NCBI GenBank assembly: GCA_050331735.1
Contig: JBHJGN010000019.1
Coordinates: forward strand, 1 to 64,000
Length of the DNA stretch: 64,000 nucleotides
Direction: 5' to 3'
Source of the DNA: Cyanophyceae cyanobacterium
GTDB taxonomy: Bacteria; Cyanobacteriota; Cyanobacteriia; Cyanobacteriales; JBHJGN01
Position numbers and translations under genes: made by a program. Shown piece after piece: positions 1-10,567 of the stretch (the first letter of the stretch is position 1; every line of letters starts with the position of its first letter). The notes under the pieces are model-generated. The model searched no databases, had not been told where the DNA came from, and saw only the letters and a program-made list of their open reading frames with translations.

Positions 1-74
1 TTGCCAGCAGCATCCCAACGATGCAGCGTTTTGACGGTGATTCCTAGACGCTCGGCAAATTCATGTGGTCTCAT
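1..74 (-). CDS. tnpA: IS607-family serine recombinase TnpA, N-terminal MerR-like HTH (partial)
   Basis: Hand translation from ATG at 74: MRPHEFAERLGITVKTLHRWDAAGK, matching the IS607 TnpA pattern (AxxLGxxxxTLxRWDxxGK). Not in the ORF track. Confidence 0.8.
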   Translation of the reverse strand, partial: MRPHEFAERLGITVKTLHRWDAAG

Positions 75-132
75 CTTTTCTAGACATTCTGTAGAGCTTT
101 GTCTAGTTTAGTCTAGGAATAGTCACTCTAGG
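1..132 (-). mobile_element. Left end of an IS607-family insertion sequence (rest lies outside the window)
   Basis: tnpA-like ORF starts at 74 on the minus strand. Upstream are short repeated CTAGAC/CTAGA motifs (79-131), typical of IS607 ends, and a GG/CC dinucleotide at 131-132. The exact boundary is inferred. Confidence 0.7.
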
Positions 133-751
133 CACAAGCAGTTACCGAGGATAACAATCTGCTGTTTGAGTTGAAGCGGGCAGGGTTGACAGTTAAAGTT
201 TTTTCTGATGAGTGCCGCTGCTGAGCAAGAGCAGCTTGTTCTTGAGGATGACTTGCCTCTAGCCAAAACTGAGAGGGTGAATAAAGTTCACCTAAATAGC
301 TTGAAATTTCCTTAATCAGTAGCCTCGTCTAGACAAGTTTCTGCGTTACTAGCTAACGCGCAAAGTCTATTTCTCCGCTCGTCTCTAGTAGCAGAATTCC
401 TGTAATTCAAGTTAGAAATTAGACTCGCCATGCACTGGCTGAGAAGTGCAATCTTAGGCTTATTATTCTGAATCCATTGCTCAATAAAGTTCGCAAACAA
501 CGAGCTTTAAAGAACGCCTATTATTTAGATCAAAGGTTTTTCTAAACTATTTTTACTGAGTTTGGTCGAGAAAACAAGTCGCTATCAGTAGAGCCAAAGC
601 TAACAATGGTCACAATTTAAGTTCTTAATCACGACTTTTCTAGATAACTAGGTCTTATCAGCTAAATGACCAGATCTCATTAGTATTTGTACCCCGGATT
701 CTTCTAAAATAACAAGACAACCCAAAAAAAACTAAGCATTTTTACTTATTA

Positions 752-2413
752 ATGATGATGGAAGCTCAATTTCCTTGGCTGACTACAATTTTAGGATTTC
801 CCATTGTTGCAGCCTTTCTTGTTCCCCTAGTACCCGATCAGAAGGGAAAAAATTTACGCTGGTATGCTGTGAGCGTTGGTGTCGCCGATTTTATATTGAT
901 GTGCTACGCCTTCTGGCTGCATTACGATCCGGGCAATGCTAGCTTCCAGATGGTAGAGAGTTATGCTTGGGTTCCCCAAATAGGATTGAACTGGGCAGTT
1001 TCTGTTGACGGAATCTCGATGCCCTTGGTTTTACTAGCTGGGTTTGTCACTACTCTGTCTTTGTTATCGGCCTGGGAAGTCGATCGCAAACCCCGTTTAT
1101 TTTACTTTCTGATGCTCCTGCTTTACGCGGCGCAGATTGGGGTATTCATTGCGCAAGATTTGCTCCTGTTCTTTATTATGTGGGAACTAGAATTGATTCC
1201 TGTTTATCTTTTGGTGTCGATCTGGGGAGGTCAGAGAAGACGGTATGCAGCGATGAAATTCCTGCTCTATACCGCAGCCGCCTCTATTTTTATTTTGGTT
1301 GCCGCTCTGAGTATGGCTCTTTATGGCGGAGGTGAACTGACCTTCGATATGGTTACCCTCGCCGCCAACAATTTTCCTCTAGCTTTTGAAATTCCTCTGT
1401 ATGCTGGTTTGTTAATTGCTTTTGGCGTCAAGCTCGCTATTTTTCCGCTTCATACCTGGCTACCCGATGCTCATGGGGAAGCTTCCTCTCCGATTTCAAT
1501 GATTTTAGCAGGAGTCCTTCTCAAGATGGGGGGATACGGCTTGATTCGTCTCAACCTTGGATTACTGCCTGAGGCCCACGTTTACTTTGCTCCCATTCTG
1601 GTGGCTTTAGGAGTGATTAATATCATCTACGGGGCGTTTACCTCTTTGGGTCAGACTAACATGAAACGGCGCCTTGCTTATTCATCCGTGTCTCATATGG
1701 GATTTGTGCTGTTAGGAATTGCCTCCTTTACTGATTTAGGAATCAGTGGAGCGATGCTACAGATGTTGTCTCATGGTTTAATTGCTTCTGTGCTGTTCTT
1801 CTTAGCCGGAGTCACCTATGACCGCACCCACACTATGGCACTAGACGAGATGGGCAACTTAGGTCAGATCATGCCCAAGGTCTTTGCTCTATTTACTGCG
1901 GGAGCAATGGCATCTTTAGCGCTACCGGGCATGAGCGGTTTTGTGAGTGAATTGGAGATCTATATTGGCTTTAGTAATAGCGATGTTTATAGTGCTTCTT
2001 TCCGCACTGTTATTGTCTTTTTATCTGTAGTCGGACTGATTTTAACTCCTGTTTATCTGTTATCAATGCTGCGTCAGCTATTTTACGATTCTGAATCTGC
2101 GATCGCCTGTTTAGTTGAAAATCAAGGTTTACAGCTAGAGAATGAGGAAGCAGCCTGCTTTGGGAATAGCTGTGTCTTGCCTGTGGATGCCGAATATAAT
2201 GATGCCCAACCTCGGGAACTATTCATCGCTGCTTGCTTTCTCGTGGTGATTATTGGCATCGGGCTGTATCCAAAAGTGGCGACTGGTATGTATGATGCCA
2301 CCATGATTGCCGTCAATACCCAGGTGCGTCAATCCTACACCGCCATTGCTCTCGAACAATCTCATCCTAATCTGGCATTTGTGAGGTCAGCCAAGACAAC
2401 TCCGCTGAAGTAA
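752..2413 (+). CDS. ndhD: NDH-1 subunit 4 (NdhD, NdhD2-like)
   Basis: NuoM/NdhD motifs ([35 protein letters not shown]); Cys-containing C-terminal insert ([10 protein letters not shown]) resembles NdhD2. Confidence 0.92.
   Translation: MMMEAQFPWLTTILGFPIVAAFLVPLVPDQKGKNLRWYAVSVGVADFILMCYAFWLHYDPGNASFQMVESYAWVPQIGLNWAVSVDGISMPLVLLAGFVTTLSLLSAWEVDRKPRLFYFLMLLLYAAQIGVFIAQDLLLFFIMWELELIPVYLLVSIWGGQRRRYAAMKFLLYTAAASIFILVAALSMALYGGGELTFDMVTLAANNFPLAFEIPLYAGLLIAFGVKLAIFPLHTWLPDAHGEASSPISMILAGVLLKMGGYGLIRLNLGLLPEAHVYFAPILVALGVINIIYGAFTSLGQTNMKRRLAYSSVSHMGFVLLGIASFTDLGISGAMLQMLSHGLIASVLFFLAGVTYDRTHTMALDEMGNLGQIMPKVFALFTAGAMASLALPGMSGFVSELEIYIGFSNSDVYSASFRTVIVFLSVVGLILTPVYLLSMLRQLFYDSESAIACLVENQGLQLENEEAACFGNSCVLPVDAEYNDAQPRELFIAACFLVVIIGIGLYPKVATGMYDATMIAVNTQVRQSYTAIALEQSHPNLAFVRSAKTTPLK
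2099..2106. repeat. HIP1 octamer GCGATCGC (example; recurs throughout the window)
   Basis: Also at 2429, 2933, 6529, 10021 and many other sites. Confidence 0.95.
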
Positions 2414-2419
2414 AAGACA

Positions 2420-2445
2420 CCCGAAGGAGCGATCGCTCCTTCGGG
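2420..2445. repeat. Perfect 26-bp palindrome centred on a HIP1 site
   Basis: CCCGAAGGA-GCGATCGC-TCCTTCGGG. Confidence 0.85.
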
Positions 2446-2464
2446 ATTCAGCGCCTGGCGACTC

Positions 2465-2500
2465 AAAGCCGTCGCCGAAGCAACTTCCGACGGCGGCTTT
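2465..2500. terminator. Probable bidirectional terminator hairpin between convergent ndhD and chlB
   Basis: AAAGCCG...GAAG-CAA-CTTC...CGGCTTT imperfect stem. Confidence 0.55.
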
Positions 2501-2502
2501 AA

Positions 2503-4029
2503 TTAAGCCCCAACGGCTTCTTTGGCGGCATAGAATACCTCTAGAGTAATTTCGCTAATATTGCGCTCGCGGGCAAATTTTTCGGTATTGCGTTTCACCT
2601 TACCGCGCACAAATCCGGGAACCTGATTCAGTAAAGCCTGAGCATCTTTAGCCCAGTTGAGGTCGGAATCGGCAGAAATACTTTTGGTAATCACTTCCTT
2701 GGTATCGTGTCCGCCGAAGATTTCGAGCAGGTGATCTTCCATACCGAGGGTGAAGGAATTGTAGACTAAATCGGCAATTTGGTTCGTGCCTTCGTACCCG
2801 AGAAAGGGCTTATAGCCAATCGGGAAGTTTTGAATATGAATCGGAGCCGCAATCACGCCGCAGGGGATATTCAGGCGCTTCCCGACGTGTCGCTCCATCT
2901 GCGTCCCGAAAATAGCCGCCGGTTCAACGCGAGCGATCGCATCTCCAATCGCCCCATTATCGTCGCTGATAATTACTTCATCGCAGTACTCGCTCACCTG
3001 TTCAGTGAACCAGTCAGCATCGTACTTACAGTACGTCCCTGACCAAACCACGTGAATCCCCATCTCCCGCGCTAAAATCTTGGTCATCGCCGCTGCGTGG
3101 GTATTATCCCCAAAGACAACTGCTTTTTTGCCCGTCAGGTTTTGGCAATCAATCGAGCGAGAGAACCAGGCCGCTTGAGAGACGTGGAGGGTTTGATTCT
3201 CGATATATTCTTCGTAATCAACCGCTGTTCCTTGCTCACTGAGGAGTTGTTGAATTTTACGAATGCAGCGAGCCGTTTCTACCACTCCCATTGGGGTAAT
3301 CGCTACGGTAGGAATGCCAAACTCGTCTTCTAGATATTGGGCCGCCATTAAGCCGACCTCGCGGTAGGGAACCAGGTTAAACCAAGCACGAGGGAGAGTT
3401 TTTAAGCATTCGACCGAGGCTCCTTCGGGGATTACGGCATTAACTTCAATTCCCAAATCTGCCATCAGTCGCCGCAGTTCTGTGCAGTCATGCTGATTGT
3501 GGAAACCCAGGGTAGAAATACCAATAATGTTAACAGAAGGCTTAGCGGTTCTTTCTGTCGCCAGATCGCCCTTCTTGCGAGCCTTGTTGATGTAATATTT
3601 AACGATCTGATGAAGGGTTCGGTCTGCTGCCTGTAGCTCATTAACGCGGTAGTGGTTTACATCTGCCAGCAGAACATCCCCTTGAGCATCCATTTGAGCC
3701 CGGTCGACAAAGTTCTGCAAATCTTCCTGAAGAATGCTAGAGGTGCAGGTAGGAGTCAGCACAATGAGGTCCGGGCGTTCCTCTCCGTCTTTGCGAACGA
3801 TATTATCGACAACTTTTTCCTGAGAGCCTCGCGCCAAAACGTTTCGATCGACAACGCTAGCCGTTACCGGCGTGAAGTCCCGCTCTCGCTCTAGCATGGA
3901 GCGCATGACGTTGAAGTAGTCGTCTCCAAGCGGTGCGTGCATAATCGCATGAACATTTTTGAAGGAGCTAGCGATCCTCAAGGTGCCAATGTGAGCAGGG
4001 CCTGCATACATCCAGTAAGCTAACTTCAT
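2503..4029 (-). CDS. chlB: Light-independent protochlorophyllide reductase subunit B
   Basis: [38 protein letters not shown]-terminal [14 protein letters not shown]; start set at the ATG at 4029. Confidence 0.97.
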   Translation of the reverse strand: MKLAYWMYAGPAHIGTLRIASSFKNVHAIMHAPLGDDYFNVMRSMLERERDFTPVTASVVDRNVLARGSQEKVVDNIVRKDGEERPDLIVLTPTCTSSILQEDLQNFVDRAQMDAQGDVLLADVNHYRVNELQAADRTLHQIVKYYINKARKKGDLATERTAKPSVNIIGISTLGFHNQHDCTELRRLMADLGIEVNAVIPEGASVECLKTLPRAWFNLVPYREVGLMAAQYLEDEFGIPTVAITPMGVVETARCIRKIQQLLSEQGTAVDYEEYIENQTLHVSQAAWFSRSIDCQNLTGKKAVVFGDNTHAAAMTKILAREMGIHVVWSGTYCKYDADWFTEQVSEYCDEVIISDDNGAIGDAIARVEPAAIFGTQMERHVGKRLNIPCGVIAAPIHIQNFPIGYKPFLGYEGTNQIADLVYNSFTLGMEDHLLEIFGGHDTKEVITKSISADSDLNWAKDAQALLNQVPGFVRGKVKRNTEKFARERNISEITLEVFYAAKEAVGA

Positions 4030-4391
4030 AATCTTATCTTTAACCTGTTTACTATTTCTGCCGAGCGAGTCGTTATTGATTCTCTCAAACTTATAAAACT
4101 TCCGGGGGCTGGCACAAACTGAGCGTGCGAGAAAGCGACAATGGCTATATATCTCTCTCCCAGAGGAATGTAGACTTTGATACTCATAGTCTCTCTGGAG
4201 TCGAGAGCAATAATTCTTTGCTGAAGCACAATATTTCTTAACGAGAGTCGCCCGTCCTCCCCCAGTCACATAGGCAGGAAACCTCCTAGACAAACGGCTA
4301 GTAGAAAATCTATGAACCTTGCTCTAAGATTTGAAGGACTGTCATCGCCGGAGTCAGAAGTTAGGAGTAAACCCCTTTAAAGGAGAAGGAC

Positions 4392-5405
4392 ATGAAAGCG
4401 GCTATTTTACCAGATTACCATCAACCTCTCGAACTCCGGGATGTTCCAGTCCCGTCGATTGCTCCCCATGAAGTTCTAGTCAAGGTTCGTGCCTGTGGGG
4501 TCTGTGGTTCTGACGTACATCTGGTCGATGAAGATTTTGGAGAGCTATCCCACGTCCCCGTGATTCCTGGTCACGAAGTAGCGGGCGTGATTGAAGAGGT
4601 CGGCGAGTTAGTCACCTGGCTGAAAAAAGGCGATCGCGTTGGCATTCCCTGGATTCAAGGAACCTGCGGACACTGTGACTACTGCGTACGCGGCGAGACC
4701 GTTTTCTGCCCGGAGCAACAGGCAACCGGAATTAGCCTCAACGGTGGTTATGCTGAGTATGTCAAAGCTCCTGCCCGCGACGTTGCCGTGATTCCCGATG
4801 AAATTGCTTTCGAGGATGCGGCCCCGCTTTTTTGTGCTGGCATCACGGTTTTTACTCCTTTTAATTACGTTAACTTTAAGCCGGGACAAACTGTTGCCGT
4901 TCTGGGCATTGGCGGATTAGGGCATGTCGCCCTTCAGTTTGCCAATGCTTTGGGAGCGAGAACGATTGCCCTCAGTCGTGGGGATGACAAGCTTCAGCTA
5001 GCAAAAGATAAACTGGGTGCCCATGAAGCGATCGATTCTGGTTCGGATGAATGGGTACAAAAGCTGTTAGATATGGGCGGAGCTAACGTTATTCTTTGTA
5101 CGGCTAATTCTGCCAAGCTAATGGGACAGGCCATTCATGCTCTTGCTCCTGATGGCACGTTAGTTCTGTTGGCAGTGGATGATAAAGAGGTCGTTCTGCC
5201 CCCATCACCTGAGCTTATTATTCAGCGTCGCAGAGTGATGGGGAGCGTGACGGGATCTATTAAAGACATGCGCGAGATGCTAGATATTGCTGCCAAATAC
5301 GACGTTCGCCCCATGATTGAAACCTATCCCTTAACAGAGGCTCAACAGGCATTGCAGGATGTGCGAGACAACAAGCCTCGTTTTCGGGCGGTATTAACCA
5401 TGTGA
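4392..5405 (+). CDS. Zn-dependent alcohol dehydrogenase
   Basis: ACGVCGSD, GHE, CxxCxxCx7C structural Zn site, GIGGLG; SD AAGGAG upstream. Confidence 0.92.
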   Translation: MKAAILPDYHQPLELRDVPVPSIAPHEVLVKVRACGVCGSDVHLVDEDFGELSHVPVIPGHEVAGVIEEVGELVTWLKKGDRVGIPWIQGTCGHCDYCVRGETVFCPEQQATGISLNGGYAEYVKAPARDVAVIPDEIAFEDAAPLFCAGITVFTPFNYVNFKPGQTVAVLGIGGLGHVALQFANALGARTIALSRGDDKLQLAKDKLGAHEAIDSGSDEWVQKLLDMGGANVILCTANSAKLMGQAIHALAPDGTLVLLAVDDKEVVLPPSPELIIQRRRVMGSVTGSIKDMREMLDIAAKYDVRPMIETYPLTEAQQALQDVRDNKPRFRAVLTM

Positions 5406-5686
5406 AACCTCATCTGTCAGGAGAAGAAATAAGCTGCTGAGTCGGGGATTAAGGATCGCTAAGCTTCTCTATCATGCGGCTATTATCCACTGCAATTCCT
5501 AACAGTTAGATTTAGTGCAGAAGCTGCTGTGTTGTTGCCTTTTGCAACGCTGTCTGGGTTTGTCATAAACTATGAGTGGCTCGCCTGGGCCGTAGCTGTA
5601 CCTCGGCCTAATTCCCACGGCGCTTGCTGATCTACTGTATTGAGGACCGGGAAATAGAGTGAATCGCCTTTTCCTTTTTCCCTCTT

Positions 5687-6385
5687 TTAACGCGTTGGCT
5701 GTAGGTTGTTGCTATTGCGAAGCAATGTTTCTGTCATTGCGGCGAGTTCTTGCAGCTTTTTCTCTAGTTCAGCAGCGCGTTTCTTGTGGTCGAGCTTGCG
5801 CATGAGGGCAGCGCGGGCCAGATCGTCCCGATTCTGCTCAACGGCTTTCCAGGCGACTCGCTGCCAGGTTTCCATTTCTCGCAGCGCTTCTTGATACTGT
5901 GGCTGGAGCTGCTCCCAAACGACTTTAACATCTGCCAAGGCTCGCTCTACCATTTGCTCAGCATTGCGCGGATTTGTCTCTTTCAATGCCCCCTGTAGCG
6001 GTTGCGCTAAATCGTCAATTTTCAGCTTTCCAATCGCCGGGACGAAATCTCTCACTTGTTTGCTGTCGCTAAACCCTGTTTTGCACCAGGTAGCGAAGTG
6101 TTCGCAGTTGTTGAATAAAAGATTGTAGTTGTCTTCTCCTAAGCGGCTTTCTGCTCGCCTCACCACATCTTCTGGAATAAAGCAAAAGCCCGTTCGGTAC
6201 TCTTTAGTGTAAATCAGGTTTCCCTGGGCGAAGAGGGAGCGAGAAGTTCGCTCGATTCGAGCATCGGTTTCGGTCTTGCGATAGTGAATGACGCTGCCAT
6301 CGCCGCAGTCAATGCCGTGATGCTCGTACACTCCTTGAAGAGTTAAAAACTCTCTGTAGGCATAGATTTGATCGCCTCGCGCCAT
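5687..6385 (-). CDS. LRAT/NC-domain (NlpC/P60 permuted) protein with a PspA-like C-terminal coiled coil
   Basis: YEHHGIDCGDGSVIHY and YNLLFNNCEHFA motifs; tail AVEQNRDDLARAALMRK. Confidence 0.85.
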   Translation of the reverse strand: MARGDQIYAYREFLTLQGVYEHHGIDCGDGSVIHYRKTETDARIERTSRSLFAQGNLIYTKEYRTGFCFIPEDVVRRAESRLGEDNYNLLFNNCEHFATWCKTGFSDSKQVRDFVPAIGKLKIDDLAQPLQGALKETNPRNAEQMVERALADVKVVWEQLQPQYQEALREMETWQRVAWKAVEQNRDDLARAALMRKLDHKKRAAELEKKLQELAAMTETLLRNSNNLQPTR

Positions 6386-6576
6386 GTTGGTCTTATCAAA
6401 ACAGTAACTAAGCTTCTTTTATCGTACTGGGCTTAACTGGCTAAACGCAGCACCCGGTTGGCGGAGCTCCTTTAAAAGAGGCACTTCTACAGGAGTGAAC
6501 GTTAAAGAGCGGGAGTAAAAAATCAAGAGCGATCGCCGCTGGAATTGAGAGCAGCACTGCTAATTAGAGAAAGACC

Positions 6577-6837
6577 TCAATGACTAATCATCCAAGGTCG
6601 CCCACCGCGAGCGCTTTGATATCTGGGAGATGTTAGTTCCTGTCTCTGGATTCGTCGAGGTTCCTGGGTAGCTGGGGGGTTTACTCGACCGGAGTTGAGG
6701 TTGACGTTCGGTGGCGAGAAGATTTTCTGAGCCACTACCTCACAGGTTGGACAATGCATTAAAGTATGACAATCGGCTAAAGGGCGCCAAGCTTCAAACT
6801 CACCGCAGGCATGGCAACGGTATTCGTAGAGCGGCAT
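6577..6837 (-). CDS. fmdB: FmdB-family zinc-ribbon protein
   Basis: MPLYEYRCxxCG...CPxC, C-terminal RPWMISH; directly downstream of the formamidase. Confidence 0.9.
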   Translation of the reverse strand: MPLYEYRCHACGEFEAWRPLADCHTLMHCPTCEVVAQKIFSPPNVNLNSGRVNPPATQEPRRIQRQELTSPRYQSARGGRPWMISH

Positions 6838-6850
6838 CGATATTCACTCC

Positions 6851-8038
6851 CTAAGTTGGCAAAATATTTTTATCAAAAATCTCCGTCGGTAGGGCTAGGG
6901 TACAGCAAGCGTTAGGAATATCCACAATCCCACTGACGCGCCCTTCAACTGGAGCACAGCTTAGCAGTAGGTACGCCTGTTCCCCCGTATAGCCAAACTT
7001 CTTGAGATACTCAATGGCGTTCAAACAAGCCCGACGATAGGAAACGTGAGCATCTAAGTAGTACTGCTCACCGCTAAATTCATCAACTGAAATCCCTTCA
7101 AATACCAGATACTCCGAGTAGCGCGGCTCGACTGGACCGGGCTTGAAAATCGGATTAATCATCGCGTACTTTTCCACGCCGCCCTTAATGAGGTCAACAT
7201 GAATGTCAATATAGCCCGACATTTCAATCGCCCCGCAGAAGGAGATCTCCCCGTCTCCTTGAGAAAAGTGAATATCGCCCATCGACAGTTTCGCGCCGTC
7301 TACATACACCGGGAAATAAATGCGCGACCCCCTGGAGAGGTTCTTGATATCGCAGTTACCGCCGTGTTCGCGGGGAGGAACGGTGCGGGCGGCTTCGGCG
7401 GCGACGCGCTCAAATTCAGCTCCTTTAAGAGTTCCTAAGACCGCGTTTTCGGGATTGGGCAAGGTAGCTAGGGGGGGAATGGCGGGTTTCCAGGGCGGTC
7501 CTCCCTTGTCTACCAGGGCTTTCTCCCGCTTATTCCAGATGGCGAGGAGTTCGGCAGAAGGCGCACAGCCAATTAAGCCGGGATGGGTAATGCCCGCAAA
7601 TCTGACTCCGGGAATGTGGCGCGAACTGGTATAGATGCCCTGAAGATCCCAGCAGGCTTTGGCCGCTTCGGGAAAGTGGTCGGTGAGAAAGCCGCCGCCG
7701 TTGTCTCTGGAAAAGATGCCGGTAAAGCCCCACTCGTCCCCGGGTAAGGCGCCGATATCGAGTAGATCGACCACAAGGATGTCTCCGGGTTCAGCGCCGT
7801 TGATATAAATGGGTCCGCTAAGGACGTGGACAACCGTGAGATCGACATCGCGAATGTCGCTGGGGTCGTCATTGTTGTTAATTTGTCCATCGGTCCAATC
7901 CTTGCATTCAATCCGAAATACATCACCAGGATTGACGGAAACGACAGCAGGAATGTCTGGATGCCAGCGGTTGTGTCCCGGCATGTCCTGTTCGGACATC
8001 GGCTTGGTTAGGTCTACCTTGAAGAGAGTTTTAGGCAC
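6851..8038 (-). CDS. fmdA: Formamidase/acetamidase (FmdA/AmdA family)
   Basis: HNRWHPDIP, PPREHGGNCD, GDIHFSQGDGEISFCGAIEM; GTG start. Confidence 0.93.
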   Translation of the reverse strand: MPKTLFKVDLTKPMSEQDMPGHNRWHPDIPAVVSVNPGDVFRIECKDWTDGQINNNDDPSDIRDVDLTVVHVLSGPIYINGAEPGDILVVDLLDIGALPGDEWGFTGIFSRDNGGGFLTDHFPEAAKACWDLQGIYTSSRHIPGVRFAGITHPGLIGCAPSAELLAIWNKREKALVDKGGPPWKPAIPPLATLPNPENAVLGTLKGAEFERVAAEAARTVPPREHGGNCDIKNLSRGSRIYFPVYVDGAKLSMGDIHFSQGDGEISFCGAIEMSGYIDIHVDLIKGGVEKYAMINPIFKPGPVEPRYSEYLVFEGISVDEFSGEQYYLDAHVSYRRACLNAIEYLKKFGYTGEQAYLLLSCAPVEGRVSGIVDIPNACCTLALPTEIFDKNILPT

Positions 8039-8252
8039 TCGGAATAACCTCCTGAACAGCTTGTCACGTTCGAGCGAATTCTTGATGCGTACTGCCTTTT
8101 TTCTAACTAGCTAAAAATAGATTGTTTTTAGAGTGAAAACGAACTGGCTTTTCAAAGAAACAAGGTTTTCACGGCGTGACATCCTTTAAGTTTTATTTGC
8201 TAATTGTTAACAAGCTTTTGAGGATATCATTGCCCGATTACTGGCAATAAGA

Positions 8253-8268
8253 TGTTAATTTTGATACA
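8253..8268 (-). promoter_or_regulatory. Candidate NtcA-binding site upstream of fmdA
   Basis: TGT-N10-ACA; reads GTA-N8-AAC on the minus strand (one mismatch to GTA-N8-TAC). Confidence 0.45.
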
Positions 8269-8433
8269 AAGTTGGAAAATCTCTGGGAAATAGTTAGACA
8301 AATATTGACTAAATTTCTATCGGCGTTTTGTAAATCTAAGTTTTTTAAGTCCCTTAAACTAGCTTTTGAAAGTAACTACAGAGTTTAGATAGAGAAGATG
8401 CTGCTCTAGCAACTTTTAGCTGTGGTCCTCACC

Positions 8434-9375
8434 TTAATTATTTTTTTCAGTCAAACCAAAGGCCGATTGAAAGATAATCGGATCGAAATATTCTCGAAAC
8501 AGTTCAATTTTGCCGTCTGTAACGCGAAATAAACCACCATAGCGCTGCTTGTATATCTGTCCTGTTGGAATAATTTCTACATTCCCTCGCCATTCAGCAA
8601 AAATCATTGTGGCATCCTGTAGGGGATAGAATACCAATTCATCAGTAAAGTTGGCTTTGCCGCTAATTTCTGGCCAAGCAGCATAGTGTTGCAGAATGTT
8701 TGCTTTTCCGGTGACGCGCTTGGGGAAACTATCAGGGGAAAACGGCATGTCCTGCACTGCATCTTCTGCCCAAACCGAGGCGAACTTGTCCATATCCTTG
8801 TCTTCTAAAGCAGTTAAAAAATCAATGACTGCTTGCTTGGTCTGCTGTCGTTGAATATAAGTCGAAGGGCTAGTACTAGCTTGGTCTGTAGCTTGATTAA
8901 GAATTTGGCGATCGCCGTGTTCGGATTCGGCGTTAAACTTCATCTCACTGATGAACCATTGTCCTTCCTCTTGGACTAAACCATACTCGTAGCTCCCTTC
9001 GATCTGCCAAAACATCTCGTCTAGGTAATGGTCGGCAACGACATCGGCGGTAGCCGTTGCCCGGTTGCCATTGACCGCTACCTCGATGTTGGAAATATCA
9101 TGGCGAGTGCGATCGAATCCCGGCAAAACACCAGCCCACTGAGTCATCAAGGCTTGGGGGCTTTTCAGCTCAACTTCTCCGCCAAAGACAGAAGTATAAT
9201 CTACTTCAACTTCTTCAGCGTAGAGTTTTTCCAGGCTTTCAAAATTCCTCCGATCCGCCAAATTAGCAACGCTTTCAACGATAGTTTCAATAGCAGCCTC
9301 ATCAGGGTCAATGGTTACTAAACTAGAGGCGGTCGCTGCGAGGGTCATTGTCAATACTCCTGTGATAAATTTCAT
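8434..9375 (-). CDS. Tandem SnoaL/NTF2-like domain protein with probable signal peptide
   Basis: SnoaL_4-like (VDYTSVFGG, LPGFDRTRH) plus PhzA/B-like (WAEDAVQDMPF, REYFDP) domains. Confidence 0.8.
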   Translation of the reverse strand: MKFITGVLTMTLAATASSLVTIDPDEAAIETIVESVANLADRRNFESLEKLYAEEVEVDYTSVFGGEVELKSPQALMTQWAGVLPGFDRTRHDISNIEVAVNGNRATATADVVADHYLDEMFWQIEGSYEYGLVQEEGQWFISEMKFNAESEHGDRQILNQATDQASTSPSTYIQRQQTKQAVIDFLTALEDKDMDKFASVWAEDAVQDMPFSPDSFPKRVTGKANILQHYAAWPEISGKANFTDELVFYPLQDATMIFAEWRGNVEIIPTGQIYKQRYGGLFRVTDGKIELFREYFDPIIFQSAFGLTEKNN

Positions 9376-9410
9376 GGTTCTTCGTGGTTAATGTCTTTAA
9401 TTCGAGTGGC

Positions 9411-9440
9411 CGAGTGCCGTAGATGGATCTCCGGCACTCG
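9411..9440. terminator. Intercistronic GC-rich hairpin
   Basis: CGAGTGCCG...CGGCACTCG stem between the hydrolase and SnoaL genes. Confidence 0.5.
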
Positions 9441-9450
9441 CCTTCGGTTG

Positions 9451-10413
9451 TTACAGTGACTGGTCTAAATGAGTGGCAACCGCATCGCTAGCGACAGTGA
9501 CAGCTTCAGGGGAGTCATAGAAATCAAATTGAGTGGTATCTTCCAACCAGAGTTGCTCCTTCTGTGCTGACAAACGGGTGTAGAATTCTTTCGCTCCCTG
9601 GGGAATTGCCGCCGCTTCCGAGTGAACAATCAGGACAGGTTTTGTTAAATCCTCGGCAGTAGCAATGGCATCATAGGTTAACCAGCCTTCCCAAGAAGCC
9701 AGATTGAATTGATTGACGTATTCGGGAATGGCTCCTCGCTCTGGATCGGAGTAATAGGGGGCTTGATACATCACGGCGGTTTCATCGGTCATGCTCGCCG
9801 CTGGAACTAAGGATAATTCCCCCGTGGTTTCATATTGGCTTTGTGCTTGACGACTCGTTTCAATCAGGCTTTGGACTGATTCTTCCCCTCCGTACACCTC
9901 ATTGACAATTTCCTGGTCGTGTAGCCAAGGGGCCACGAGCGCGATTGTTTTGATATCTTCGCTCCGGACCGCCGCATCGGCCATATATCCGGCACTAGCA
10001 CAAATTCCCAAACCAGCAATGCGATCGCTATCTACTTCTGGGCGAGTAGAGAGATAATCTGCCGCCGCTATAATATCTTGAGTCTTGTTTGCAGGATTCT
10101 CTAGCTGGCGCTCATCTCCACCCGACTCTCCCCAGTTTCGGAAGTCGAAAGTTAATACCGCGTAGCCGCGGTCCGCCATTTCCTCGGCATAGGTAGCAGG
10201 CATTTGTTCTTTGACTGTTGTCCAAGCACCCGTGACGACGACTCCAGGCAGTTTAGTATCGGCTTGATAATCGTCGGGAAGATAGAGATTGCCAGCTAGA
10301 GTTTGATGATGGCTTTCAAATGTGACGCTTTTAACCTGTGCGGCTTCAGAATCAGAGGCTAAAGAGACTTGCAGAGTGGCAACGGTAGCAGCAGCTAATA
10401 GTAGATTTTTCAT
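9451..10413 (-). CDS. Alpha/beta hydrolase with Cys nucleophile elbow, probable signal peptide
   Basis: GAWTTVKEQ, FDFRNWGESGG, GICASAG. Confidence 0.85.
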   Translation of the reverse strand: MKNLLLAAATVATLQVSLASDSEAAQVKSVTFESHHQTLAGNLYLPDDYQADTKLPGVVVTGAWTTVKEQMPATYAEEMADRGYAVLTFDFRNWGESGGDERQLENPANKTQDIIAAADYLSTRPEVDSDRIAGLGICASAGYMADAAVRSEDIKTIALVAPWLHDQEIVNEVYGGEESVQSLIETSRQAQSQYETTGELSLVPAASMTDETAVMYQAPYYSDPERGAIPEYVNQFNLASWEGWLTYDAIATAEDLTKPVLIVHSEAAAIPQGAKEFYTRLSAQKEQLWLEDTTQFDFYDSPEAVTVASDAVATHLDQSL

Positions 10414-10484
10414 GACTGATGTTTCCTTTCCCTTGGCTTCACTGTGAATATGTCTTCAATCTACAGAGAACCCACCAGAATCTC

Positions 10485-10520
10485 TTGAAAGCTCTTGCCC
10501 AATTTTTTGAAGATTCTTGC
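10485..10520 (-). promoter_or_regulatory. Candidate AraC-family tandem binding site
   Basis: TTGAAAGCTCTTGC (10485-10498) and TTGAAGATTCTTGC (10507-10520), 11/14 identical, 22-bp period; minus-strand TAGATT -10 candidate at 10458-10463. Confidence 0.55.
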
Positions 10521-10567
10521 TCTGGATTGTTTACCAATGAGACGTCAGCCAAGCTAAGTGCAAAGTT

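Noticed and set aside
312..500. 62-aa ORF near the IS end
   Set aside because: TTG start, no recognisable motif or SD
4030..4293. 88-aa N-terminal extension of ChlB in the ORF track
   Set aside because: Canonical ChlB starts at MKLAYW (4029); the extension comes from a distant TTG start
5460..5630. Start-less open frame with a hydrophobic stretch
   Set aside because: No credible start or recognisable family; cannot be supported
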